DNA of 64,000 nt, taken from Tubiluchus corallicola (Eukaryota; Animalia; Priapulida). Positions 36,721 through 48,727 of this stretch are shown piece by piece. How positions within the stretch are numbered: position 1 is the first letter of the stretch; each line of letters opens with the position of its first letter. The stretch covers positions 682,001-746,000 of the forward strand of contig JAQGDQ010000014.1 of NCBI GenBank assembly GCA_030141605.1, written 5' to 3'. The position numbers were made by a program, and so were the translations under genes. The notes under the pieces are model-generated. The model searched no databases. It saw only the letters and a list, made by a program, of their open reading frames with translations, and was not told the DNA's origin.

Positions 36721-39700
36721 GTACCACTCTTGAATTTGAATTAACCTAATCATGTCACCCTTATATGTTATAATCCTTGTGCATTTACATGTCTATGCTG
36801 CCTTAAGAGTGTAAGCTTGTTCACAGCTTTATCTTATGAGGTTCTTCCAGAACGTGATCCATATTTCAACGTTCTTCCTCACCCTAGAAGCTCTCCTTAC
36901 CACGGGGAGACAGATGTCTTTACTTACGCATTTGTTGATGTTAAACTAGAGACAAGCAGAAAGACATTGCAGAATAGTTGAGATTTGAAAGACACCAGGA
37001 GTAGAAGCGGGATGTTTGTGTTTGTTGCTGTACGGTTTATAACATTGGCATTGATTTACGTGTGACCAAACGTCCTAGGAAGTTTGACGCCATGGTGATG
37101 ATGGAAAAAGAATGCGTATATACATTTCATTGTGTCTACTACCAAAAATTAATTTTGGTAAATTTATCAAAAGATGGCATTTAGATAAATAAGGTATATT
37201 ATGTACACATCTTCTCTTTTGTATGCCAAATCTAAAACACGACGCCTCACTACAATTGACTCTTTGTCCTGGCACATGACTAAAACACCTTTATTTTCAT
37301 TTTAAACAGTTATTCCTTTCGTTAAAAAATTTAAAATATACAAAATTATCCTTACATTTAAAAGAAAGCGATTCATAACCTAGTGAGCTAACGAAATTAA
37401 CATCAGAGGCGCCAACTAAGACACTTAAAGAACCAGATCCAGAAATGCCTAATATACATACCTAAGCTACTCTAATCTTATAACTTTTCCCTAAATTAAA
37501 ACTACGAGGACATTTTCTAAGTCTAACTATCTAGCATTGGTCTAACGTGGTTACAAACGGAACTCTGAACTTAACTACAAACAAACAAACAAAGCATGAA
37601 ACGTCCACTGGGCCGTACACCAAACTCTACTGGGCCTTGACAAGGATCAGACTTCGCCCCTGTCCAGAAGCCAACTTGAAACAATCAAACTTAGGCCTTC
37701 CAGAACCTCTGCCACACAAACGTGATATGCATGCATTTTAACGTTATGACTGCAGGCAAATTGAACGCTAATCAGACCCCAAAAGAGTTTGATGACCTTG
37801 CTTATTATCAATTTCAGAAAAAACTATTAATTTTAGTAAGAAATCGCCTGCAGGCTGCAGTCCCAATACTGCAACATCTAGCCAGTAATAGGTTTATTAT
37901 TGGAGAAACAATGAGTCTATTTCACATTATTATCATTGCAACAAAATGACATATTATCTACTTTTAGCTTTAAACTTTGTCGTAAAGTAAAATATCGCAA
38001 CTGTGTTAAGGTTATACGCCAACAAAAAACGAAATGCATGGAAAGATCGGTAAAAACATTTCAGCGCTCTGCTGATGGTTCTTGTTGACAATCAGACTGA
38101 TAAAAGTCGCAAATTTGCCCCCGCCGCTCTTAGAAAACACCAATAAATCACTAACCCACAATTTTAAACACCGCAAACGAAGCCAAAGCAGGTTACTGTT
38201 ATGCTGCTGTGCTTCATTAGAGATATTTCAATAATGTGGTATTTTTAATCATAGTTCAAATAGCAAAGATTAACCTTTAAATTTGTTTGCCAATTTTATT
38301 AAAAAGTTATTTTCTTGCATAAATTTACATACTATTTACATACTTTTTAACTCTCTGGCAACATTGAATGAAGAGTAACTACTATACTACTGCAAGACCA
38401 CGTGACTGAACATTCCATTGACAAAAACTGTTTGCTTTTTCAATACGTATAATTAGAAAACGCTTTAGTAAATGAAATTTTTAAGAAAAATTTTATTATC
38501 AAAACTTCACTCTCAATTAAATTAAAAAGCTGAAAACTTCTGCTCTTTGTTTACTTTTCTTCATAACAGTTTAACAAGATCTTTATGTCGCGCATATGTG
38601 ATTCTGGAACCCTGCCGTGTCTGACATCATTATTGTCCAGCTTCCTGCCGCTCTTCATTCTTCACATGTTCTGGTAACATTATCCATGGCTTCTGTTCGC
38701 CTCGTGTGCCGCGTGCACAATGAAGTGCCACCCCTGCAGTACACGATATCCTTGCAAGGGTTCATGGGTCACGTGTTCTACATTAAATACACCTGGCTTC
38801 ATCCTGTAATGTTAGAAATTTGTTTATGAAAAGAACTCAGAATAAAAGCTTTTGCTGTTTGTTTATTTTAACGTGGATCTGTTGATTGCTTACGTAGAGA
38901 GCATACGTACGATGAGCATACGTAGTGCATGATCAAAAATTTGAACATCAATTTTTAAGTTGTCTTGCTGAACTCACACACAATGTTTAACGCTTAATGT
39001 ATGCAACGTATGCAATAAGCTGGAATAGTTGCCAACGTTATTTGCTATAGTTATTATAACCAGCGTAAAATTATATTTCTTCATGTCTCGTTTTAGACTC
39101 TTTGCTAACAGAATAAGCTAATCACACAGTATTGTTTACCAGTACTAAGTTCTAATAAAAAGGAAGTGGTGCTGACAAGCCAGTGGCATAGCAGTCTCTA
39201 GTTTTTTGCTGGATTACTGCTGCGTTTACCCTGGAGCGCAGATTTCTTTTATTTTAGAGTGGGCCTGCCCAGTGTCTACAATAGACGTAATAGGTATCTT
39301 GGTCACCAGAATTTTTAAATGCTAATAATTTATTATTTTTATAGTTTATTATTTTAAACAGGTAATCATTGTTTTTGCATAATTATGTACTAATTCTTTT
39401 AATAATTTAAATTAGTTATTTTGATTCGATTTGATTTCATTTTTGATAGGATTTTCATACCGAGCTAAGTGTTCTACCATTTCTATTTTGTGCAAAAAAG
39501 AGTGACAATTTGGAGAAAATAAAAAGTAAAAAATCGCTTGTCGATTAATTAACATTAGCTTGTCTAATGTTATCAGCTAGTTTTGATTATTTTCTCAAAG
39601 CCGGCAAGTTTATTTTTATGTTTTTGAAATGCTTGGTATAATGTTACGGAAAATACTGCGTGTTATTATTTACTATGCCTTATCGATTGTTATTGTTTGT

Positions 39701-40221
39701 TTATTGTACCGCCTTAATAATACACAACCATCAAATTCATGTTTGCGTCTAAAAGCGGAATGTACGCCAGCTAAGAATATAAGCCTAATACTGACTACTA
39801 ATAACACTGTGATTAGCGTATTTTATTATCAACTTTTATTTTATCTTGTTTGTTTGAAAAAGATCTGATTCACATGAAAAAATTGTGCATGGTTTTCAAT
39901 TTTTACTTCCTTAGATTTTTCACATTTCCTGTCTTTCAACTTTGATATCAAAATTTAATTAATTTTGGGTTTGTACAGTACCAGCGTTATATCCTTTTAG
40001 ACATGGCTAATGATTCTGCTGGTGTACTCGCTTGTTCGAGACAATGAGCTTGATTCCATTTCCAACAACCTATGTTAAAGTCAAACTAAACCCTCACTAT
40101 AATATAAGCTTTTACAATTTAAAATCCTTCTCTCATTGCGAATACTCAATTTATTTTATTATGAACTTACTGTAAAACTTGTTTCTTTTGGTTTTTAATC
40201 ACTCTTTGTTATTAAATTTAA

Positions 40222-40680
40222 AGAACAGCTATTTTTCTTTGCGCGATACGAATGACGTAATTAGTACAGTTCACGAGGCCACTAAAGATCAGTAAAAAAA
40301 CATCGGTAACCAAAGACGCTTTCTGTATTACGTACGTCATTCTCGCTCACTCGCGCCAAAGACGCGAAACATGGCGATCATTACGACAAAGCACACGTCC
40401 GAAATTCGCCAGAAAAATGTAAGTTATTTAATTTATAGGTTTCATTTGTTTAATAATAATTATGAATTCTTTGTGTAATCATAATAATGCGTTAAAAAAC
40501 CTTCAATGTCTGTTGAGGTTATATAGGCCTTCAAGTGTACTTGCCATCGAGAGGTGGATCCTTTGAGTTTTCCGCGCTCAGGATTTTATACTTTTGCACG
40601 GATTTGCTTACGAACGTTTTTAATTACAGAACTCATTACGGAAACTAACACGTAAATGAGGAACATTGTTCAATGTATCT
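40222..40680 (+). mobile_element. Kolobok-like non-autonomous element
   Basis: TTAA on both flanks (40218-40221, 40681-40684), termini AGAACA...TGTATCT, internal inverted repeat GAATGACGTAATTAGTACAG / CTGTATTACGTACGTCATTC. Confidence 0.5.
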
Positions 40681-40751
40681 TTAATGTCCGTTTTGAAAAG
40701 TGCCTGTGCAGTCCTACGAATTATTTTGTTAATAATATTGCTTTCGATCAG

Positions 40752-43623
40752 GTGAAGGGTGAAGCTGTGAAGATTTATAAAGGTGAAAATCCAGACGTTG
40801 ACAGCTACTCTGCCTTCTTTGATAACAATCAAGTAGGCATAACTGAGTTGGAGGCAGAACTGCGTAAAAGAGGCGTCACAGACGTTTACACCACTGGACT
40901 AGCTTATGACTATTGCGTTGGTAAGATATGGAGAAGTTTACCTGAAGTTACCAATCGATTTAAATTAAGTAAATCTATATCTTGCTAATTACTGAAATTT
41001 TACGTTTCTCTAACAAATTATGAAGCAAGTAGATAGTCTGACTTTGGAAAATTTATTTATTCGCACAATGTTTGGGCATATGCAGCATGCATCAAATGTT
41101 ATTGGAACTAAAACCAAATATAAAAACAACTACAGAAGATATAATCTAACATTAGAAATGCCTGCCCTAAGTGATGAACTTTGTACTGGTCGCTGGGGAA
41201 CACAGTAGTCTAGCGGTCATGGTATCCATCTTGTAACAAGAAGTGCCTGGTTCAAATCAAGGATATGTGTTCCAACTTTTTCACATTTCCTGTTTTTCAA
41301 GTTTCGATTTCAAAATTCAGTTAACTATGTGAATTTATACTTTTCGTTTTCACTTGCATATGAGTAAACTAAAGTATAAACGGTGTCAAGTATATACATT
41401 TTAAAACGCTACCAAATTTCTTACTTAGCACAGTAAACAACTTAGATATATTTATTTATTGAACCATTAAGCAAATTACAATAGGCAAAGAAAAACTAGA
41501 CTTAAAAGAACCATTCTACACAGAAACAAAGAACCTATACTGGTTCAAGGACAGAGAAACGCACACACACAATAGAAGATCATACATACACATTATAAAC
41601 TATTATTACAGTTAGTTAGTCACTAAGGTATCTGAGTTAGACCTGTCTTCAAATATTTTGTAGACCAATCTAGCATTAATTTTAATAATTTCTGCATCTT
41701 GCGACGCGTTTAAAAACACGAACTTTTCATTGGGAGACATATAATGAAAGTTACTATAAAAATCAGAAAGAATACAAAAACATGAGGTTGTTATATGAGC
41801 ATACAGTGGGCATTTAGCAATTACATGCAATTCATCCTCTACTCAATTCAAACAGCAATTTTTACATACTCATTGTTTTAAAGGTATTTTTTTGTTTATG
41901 GTATCTACCGATTTCAATTGCTAATTTATGAGCATTAACGCGAAATCTTGCTAAGTTAATTTTGACATGTTTTAATACATCAATCAACAAATAATTTTCT
42001 ATCCTATAAGTATTTTTGAAGAGATTATACGTTCTAAGTTTATTGACATTTTCATTCGGTGCAGCCCGGTTCATTTCCTGCTGCCAGTACTGTCTGCACC
42101 GGGATTCAAGTTTATCATTGGTGACTTTGATAAATTTCTTTTTATTAAATGTACCTTTGTGCTCCCAAACATGTCCAAAACCCAAATCAAACAAAACGGA
42201 TTTGATGAACGTAGCCTACGAAATTCCACCACCTTCACTAATGTGTTTGGAAAGAACATAAACATACTACACAGAACTTTTCAGGTACACTCCTACATTG
42301 CAATGGATCGTCTTTTACGAAGCCATTTTATACCATCATGACAAACTGGCTATAAAATCTCTGATATGGAATGGCCTCGTAGATTCAGTTGCTAATGTAT
42401 AATGCTTTATAATTGTCATGTGGGTTGAATAAAAAATAAAAATAATTAGATAAAGTAAACGGATAGGTGCTTTCACCTGCTCCGTAATCGCAGCCAGCAT
42501 GAGGATCATGCCTAAGACAGCTTAAGTCTGGCACTTTCTTTCTATAAATTATCGGCATTCAATTCGCATATTTTACGTCTCAATTACTGGTTTTGGAGAA
42601 CATGATTGCAACAATCCAGTATTGAACTCCGGACCTCTTGGCCGCCGTAATAATAAGCTTCGATTTTTTAATTTTTTAAACGCTTTTTAAAACCACGTAC
42701 ATTTTTATACTTGTTAATAAAATCCAGTGTTTTACGCCATACATATTAAATCCTTTGGTTTAGTCTTCATCGTTGTCGCCGTTATCGTCGTTACATTTAT
42801 ATTAATCATTTTTGTCAAAATTCTGTTTACAATAATCTTTAGAAACACTTTTAATTATCAATTATTAATAATTTAAATTTTTATAAAAAGAATTCCACAG
42901 ATAATTTTCTTATTGCAGGGTTTACATCGCGGGATGCTCTGGACTTGGGGTTTCGTGTGACATTGATAGAAGATGCAACAAGAGGCGTGTCTGAAAGCAG
43001 CATAGCTGACATGCGCAAAAGTTTACTAGACGGTGGCGCCGCCTTAGTGACTTCAGACGAGGTATTTAAAATTTAGTGATTTCTTTTGCCACGAAACAAG
43101 GAGTCACTTTTATAATAACTTTGATTTTTCTATTGTTCTGAAATTTTGCAAACTTCCAAAGCCAGAAAAAGCTAGTGCGTCATATGAAAATTTGGCAAAG
43201 CCCTGGCGCTTTTTAGAGGACAGAAATTTATGTTAAGCAGGTAAAAAAGCCAATTGACTGACGAGCAGTAATTGGTTTTTGTCATTAGTTAAAGCATTGA
43301 TGGAAAATTTTATGCCACAGCATTCGTTTAAAAATTCATTATAGTCTCCTTAAAACGAAAATTTCAAGGCAACATTCCCACAAATGAAACCTGCGCTGCG
43401 TTAACAAGAACAGTTATCATGTACGTGTGTGTGGTATTTGTGCATGATAGTACTGAAGGATTTGCGATCTACTGAAATCAGCAAACCAGAATGATAGACC
43501 TAGAGCTTCCCAGCTCAGCTGATGATTCATATTTTTAATTTCACGTAGGTTAAAGAAATGGCTCTGGGAAACGACAGACGACCAGAATTGGCAACCTATT
43601 TAATGGAGAAAATACAACTTTAG
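40752..43623 (+). CDS. Naam: Nicotinamidase (isochorismatase family), 3' exons only: 40752-40920, 42919-43061, 43549-43623
   Basis: GT-AG, phase-compatible exons give VKGEAVKIYKGENPDVDSYSAFFDN...GLAYDYCV/GFTSRDALDLGFRVTLIEDATRGV...TSDE/VKEMALGNDRRPELATYLMEKIQL*; KG..DSYSAF and GLAxDYCV are nicotinamidase motifs and DRRPEL matches the insect Naam tail. 5' exons not found. Confidence 0.9.
41200..41330 (+). mobile_element. Degenerate tRNA-derived SINE
   Basis: A-box-like TAGTCTAGCGG, B-box-like GGTTCAAATC; body TTTTTCACATTTCCTGT shared with ~39915-39960; similar head at ~22593. Confidence 0.45.
41450..42340 (-). mobile_element. Decayed LINE 3' end inside a nicotinamidase intron
   Basis: KLRTYNLFK...LARFRVNAHKLAIEIGRY and VEDELHVIAKCPLY (C-terminal zinc-knuckle region of non-LTR elements), frameshifted. 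Confidence 0.85.
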
Positions 43624-44667
43624 TAGTACAGTGTATTACATAGTAATGTATTGTTATATATAAATAAATCAGTGAAGCGTTTGCTAACAACTTGTAATTC
43701 CGAGAAAAGTTTTTTCTATGGTTATAGTGTTACCTGTAATGAATTGGATGCTCGTTATGTTTAAACTGGTTGTTCTTGGGCTACAGACCTGTAAGCTACA
43801 ATGACTGAAAATGATGATTATGGTTTTTGTTCACGTACTTGTAAATAAATTTCTGTGAACAAAGTCTATTAGCGTACATTACAAAATAGTTTAGAGTACT
43901 ATTTTAAGGTACATGCCATGCCAGAATGGTGAACTAATAGTGATCATAAGTATTATTATCATTTAACGGTAAGAGCAAGATTTATGCCTCGAATATAATA
44001 ATGTGGACTAATGTTTACCAACGCTATTATTGGGCGCACTTTATTGTTTCGTTGTTTCTAGGTGATAATTCATAAGTAAATAATAAATTAAGACCGACAT
44101 TCAACATTTTCTTTTTATTCTTTTATTTTTGCACAGATTTGGTAGAGAAAGATAAGACAAGACTGGAATTTGTTTTTCAGTGAAAATATCAGAAGTAAAC
44201 GTGCAACCAGCTAAAAACGACAAATGTTTCCTTCCGTGTAAGAAACGAAAAATGAAAACGCTATTGTAAATATAACTGAAATGGGCTAACACTCCTAGAC
44301 TTAATAACTTGTTGGTGAATCAATATTGATGATCATGCTGCTTCATGCAGGTAAATTGATTAGCTACGTACAAATTAGGGCCACCTCTAACTATCTATTT
44401 ATTAATTAAGACAAATACTGGTATACATGGACCAATATTAAATATAATGCTATTAAAGGTATACCTTAAAATATAGGTTAATAGCACATAATTCTCTCTG
44501 TTTTCTGATGCAAGCCACCTCATAATTAGTGCGTAGAAACAGCCCCATTCCCCGGTGTATTACGGATCAATTAGGTTTCATTTACCTTCTTGAATCTTTA
44601 TTATTGGCCTAGTTACTGACAGCAGGATGCAGGTACAATATAAGACCCTTGGGGTGTGTAGGGTGTA

Positions 44668-44680
44668 TGTATATAAATAA
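44668..44680 (+). promoter_or_regulatory. Candidate TATA box of the Kazal gene
   Basis: GTATATAAATAA about 100 nt upstream of the ATG at 44780. Confidence 0.4.
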
Positions 44681-44779
44681 CACGACTGAATTTACTTTGA
44701 TCAGCCGGCTTCTACACTGTGTCACAACAACACTGCTTGCTTTCCAACACAATTCTCCGAGTAATTCCAAAATTTTGCG

Positions 44780-47265
44780 ATGGGCAGTTACCTGATTGTA
44801 TCTTTATTGCTTTGTGCTGGTAAGTCTTTATATACCTTATTAATTCATATGCTTAGTTAGTAAAATAAGGTACCAACCCATGGATGCTAATTACATTCAA
44901 CATACGTTTACAGCTATAATATAGTTCTGCGTCACAATTCAAATGTTTGTGATATTTTTTCATAAGCGTGTGTAATTCATCCATGATGTATGTGTGGGTG
45001 TGTATGTGTGGGGGGGGGTTGCGTGCGTGCGTGTTTTGTGCAACTGACGACTGCGTGTATGTATACATATAGACACACTCTAATTAAAAATAACTATTGT
45101 ATGCTTGTGATGAACTTGGTATATGAACACTGATACTTTGAGCTATAAAAAGCTATGATTTCACTGGATATGCTGATGCGCTTAAAAGCTGTATTAAGAC
45201 ATGTAGCTGATGATATGGGTAAAATATATACCTGTACGTTGAACGTTAATTTGTTTGTGCTTCTTAGTAAGAGTTATGACGGTTGTAATAATTTAAATCT
45301 TAAAGTTTTTCTGTTAGCATAACTGTATGGCCTTCAGCTCGTTGCTTATCAATAAATCAATCATTTTCCATAATTTTTAGGTCTAGTGTTCATTCATCGT
45401 CCGCCAGTAAATATTACAAATTATTATAAAAATGTGTTAGTTTTCTCACGTCTGACTTGCGTACCATGAAGTTATATAATTTAAAATCAGAAAACTGAGA
45501 CGATTTTTTAGCCTTCAAAGCCTTTTCCCTTAAAGTATCTGTCTAAACTGCATTGTCAATGTTTTGTGCAAAATCGTGTAAATGGTTCAAAAACCTAGGA
45601 TCGCTGCGCCATCTGGTACTGAAAAGTGCAATAGCCGAAAGGAAAACTTAAAGGACAAGAAAATGGTACCTGAAGTAAGTTGCAGAAAAATTGCCTTAAA
45701 AATTATATTACTTTACAGCAATTCTATGCACATATCGTGCTCGCGTTGAAAGGAATTTTAGTTTATTTTCATTTCAAATCTCCGACGTATTACTGTTCCG
45801 ATGGCGCCATTACATGACGTCACTGCGCAAACGTAAACCAGGCGAAGAAAAAGCAATGTTAAATTATGTCCCAATAAACTTTCCGTGCAAACTTTCCTAT
45901 ATTATTTAGCATTTCGCTTACCTACTGGAAAGATTTATATAATTAAAAATAATAACTAAAATGTTTTTGCCAGTTGGTAAAACTCACCCTCCAGGCTGCG
46001 CCACTCACTAGCCAAAAACGTATTTTTAATCTTATTGTCAAGATACAGTAATTTACTGTATCTTTTTAAGCTTTTTAAGACGAATTTTTTAAGCTTTATG
46101 TAAGTGGAGGGTTTTCTTGTGCTTTAATTAAATTTTCTGTGATAGTGTTTGGAACACTTTGGGCGGACGACTGTGTTTGTACGTTACAATGGGATCCAGT
46201 ATGCGGTACTGACGACGTGACGTATGGCAACGAATGTCATCTGGAATGCCAGAAAAGAAATTCTGTTCAAGGTAAACTATGCAAACTAATGTGTTATTAG
46301 AAACTTATTAGCCCAATAAATGTAATAATATAGTTAAACGTCAGAGTATCTTAATATAAACATATCGCAGAAGTAAATTATTTAAAAGAATTGAGCAGTG
46401 TCATAACTGAGCACTATTAAAGGCTAATGACATTCTCAAGAAAATAAACAATTATGCAGTTTGTACTGTAAAATCTAATTAGCGTAAACTAATATTGGTG
46501 AGCTCAGTGTCTGTTATTAAAACCAGCCAAGCGAAACAGTTGAAATATACCTAATTCGTCGAATCCGCATCCTTTTTTCTATTGTTAATACTATAATAAC
46601 TAATTTTTCAGATTTAGACGTGGCTTATTACGGTGAATGTGAAGAATTGTGCGCCTGCAATCTTATCTACGACCCAGTTTGCGGTCAAGATGGGGAGTGG
46701 TATCCTAATTCTTGTGCGATGGAGTGTGAAGGTAAAGTCCAATAACATCTCAATCTGGACTCATTCTGTGTAGTAACAGTGTAGGTCTATTCAGCCATTA
46801 GTCCATTGGTCTATCGAATTATAGGTCTGCCGGTCTTACAAACGATTGATACCGTGGTCTTATGGGCTAAATTATCTTTTATTCATTGGGACAACCAACT
46901 TATAAATGCTGCAATCATGATTTTATTAAAAAACATGAGATCCCTTGTGTTTAGGTTATTATGGATTAATATTAATTATTAGTTAAAATTAGCATAATTT
47001 CCTAAAGAAAGCCTAGTTTTTTATGAATGATTTTTCCAAAGTCATTCAATTTCACACCATTTTTTGTAAACAGTAATTTGATTTTTAATGACAAAAGTCA
47101 CTTAATTCAGACATACTGCTAATGGACTCATGCAATTTATTTCATGAATTTTTTTCATGTCCTATTGTTATTTTTTATTCTTGGTTTAAATCGTGCCTAT
47201 AGAATGCTGCATTTATTTTTTAAGGTGTGGACGAAGCTGACACAACTTCGGTTTGTGCTGATTAA
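44780..47265 (+). CDS. Secreted two-domain Kazal-type serine protease inhibitor, 108 aa; exons 44780-44819, 46146-46271, 46612-46731, 47225-47265
   Basis: All phase-1 GT-AG introns; [20 protein letters not shown] signal peptide, [26 protein letters not shown]...YYGEC and [26 protein letters not shown]...SVCAD*; six Cys per domain. Confidence 0.92.
45880..46140 (+). mobile_element. Interspersed repeat family B, internally deleted copy in Kazal intron 1
   Basis: Shares TTAGC..CGCTTACCT..TGGAAAGA, TAATCTTATTG and AATTTTTAAGCTTTAT...TTTTCTTGTGCTTTAA with 36280-36695. Confidence 0.6.
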
Positions 47266-47574
47266 ACGCCTTTGCCCGAGAATCCACGTTGGCGATCAAA
47301 ATTTGGATAGCATCAGAGCGTTTAGATTAGTTAATACTGCTATATTGCTATAACATTTCCATCTAACCATAAGTTTGTATTTCGAAGTGCGGTATATATA
47401 AAACTTTATTTGGTTAACGCATTTAAAATTAAATCATGATTTTTTTAAATTATCTTATTCTGTTTGCCTTTTCTTCAGTCTGAAGTTCCATCTTGTGAGC
47501 GTCACTCGAAGCTGGTACTTTGCTGTACATAAACGAATTACAGCTCCTCGAGATTACTACGCAGTAATGTACAG

Positions 47575-47915
47575 GGTGGCCGGTAACAAAGCACAGGAAA
47601 TGTCACAGAAAAAAAAACACAATTAATTTACGGTCGTGGGAAAAAGTCATAATTTTACCTTGGAAAAAAATTAGGCAATCAAACAAAAGTATTCAAGTCT
47701 GCCACAATTTAAGTACCACTAACGTAATAAAACATAAAATAATAAATCAGTTTATTAGCTGGCAATACAATGACTTGTAGATATTGAAAAAACAATGGCA
47801 TTACATGAATGTGAAAAAATCACATTTTGTTCAACATCTTAAGGTTACGGTTATTTCTTTTTTACTGTGAGTTTTTTTTTGCCTTTTTACCTGTGATTTT
47901 ATTACCTTGATTCGT
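47575..47915. mobile_element. MITE-like element with imperfect terminal inverted repeats
   Basis: GGTAACAAAGCACAGG...TCACAG on the left versus CTGTGA...CCTGTGATTTTATTACC on the right. Confidence 0.45.
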
Positions 47916-47964
47916 ATACAGACGCTCTACGCAGAGTCGAAAACAACGAAAAAAAACAAAGACA

Positions 47965-48165
47965 AGATTTATTTACCGTCGCTCATTTAACAGACAACGT
48001 TAGCACTAAAGGCCATTTAGCGTCATACACTTATAGCGATGTAGGTAAGGATGCAACGCCCAAATAACAAGTAACATGAAGGGTATATGTCCTGGCGTTT
48101 GCAGCCGCTAGACTCGAATTCAAAACTGCGTGGTTGCAGTCCGAAATCCAGACCACTCAGCCACC
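47965..48165 (-). mobile_element. tRNA-derived SINE
   Basis: Minus strand GGTGGCTGAGTGGTC (A box), AATTCGAGTC (B-box-like), body, and an AT-rich tail. Confidence 0.6.
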
Positions 48166-48377
48166 ATTAACGTTACACTGTACGTTTAGAAAATAATGAT
48201 ATAGACCATTAACAAAACATTTCTAAAATTTGTGCTAGTTAATAAACTATAAACAAAAATAAACTTTATTTTTGACATTGTATAATCTTAAACGATGACA
48301 GAAATAATTAAGTCTGGAATGCAGGGGATTGGTAACACGAAACATTTTATTTACACCAATCTTTTTGTTTAATCTGG

Positions 48378-48646
48378 CATAAAAAAACGTTGAATGCCCT
48401 TGTAGCCTCAAAACAATTATTTTTATTTCCTAGGGAAGTTTTCACCCTAGCGAGCCTCATCCAACTGCATAGACTCTGCAGCTGAAATAGGAGTGGTAAA
48501 AGAGAACAACTCTCCGGTTTAGCAGCACAGTTTATTGCAAAACTAATGATGCCTGCTAGGGGAAAAGTTTCTATAAGAAATAAAATATAATTTTGCTTCT
48601 TACAATAATATATTTGAGACTACAAAGGTATTCAACGTTTTTTGTG
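48378..48646. repeat. Fold-back inverted repeat (MITE-like); partial arm copy at ~49515-49590
   Basis: AAAAAACGTTGAATGCCCTTGTAGCCTCAAA...CCCTAGC versus GCTAGGGG...TTTGAGACTACAAAGGTATTCAACGTTTTTT. Confidence 0.8.
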
Positions 48647-48727
48647 TTAAAATGCAAGTCTCAGGATGAGCTCTTTCATATTTAAATATTTCAATATTTT
48701 AATCTGCTTCACCAAGGTAGCTTCTCT

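Noticed and set aside
38590-38830. GC-richer block as a missing nicotinamidase exon
   Set aside because: No nicotinamidase motif in the frames I read; identity unknown.
45381-45406. Possible extra Kazal micro-exon (TTTTTAG...GTAAAT)
   Set aside because: Its 26 nt would shift the frame; exon 1 joins 46146 directly to give a clean signal peptide.
48085-48165. Functional tRNA gene
   Set aside because: Degenerate B box, no convincing cloverleaf, and followed by a SINE-like body and tail.
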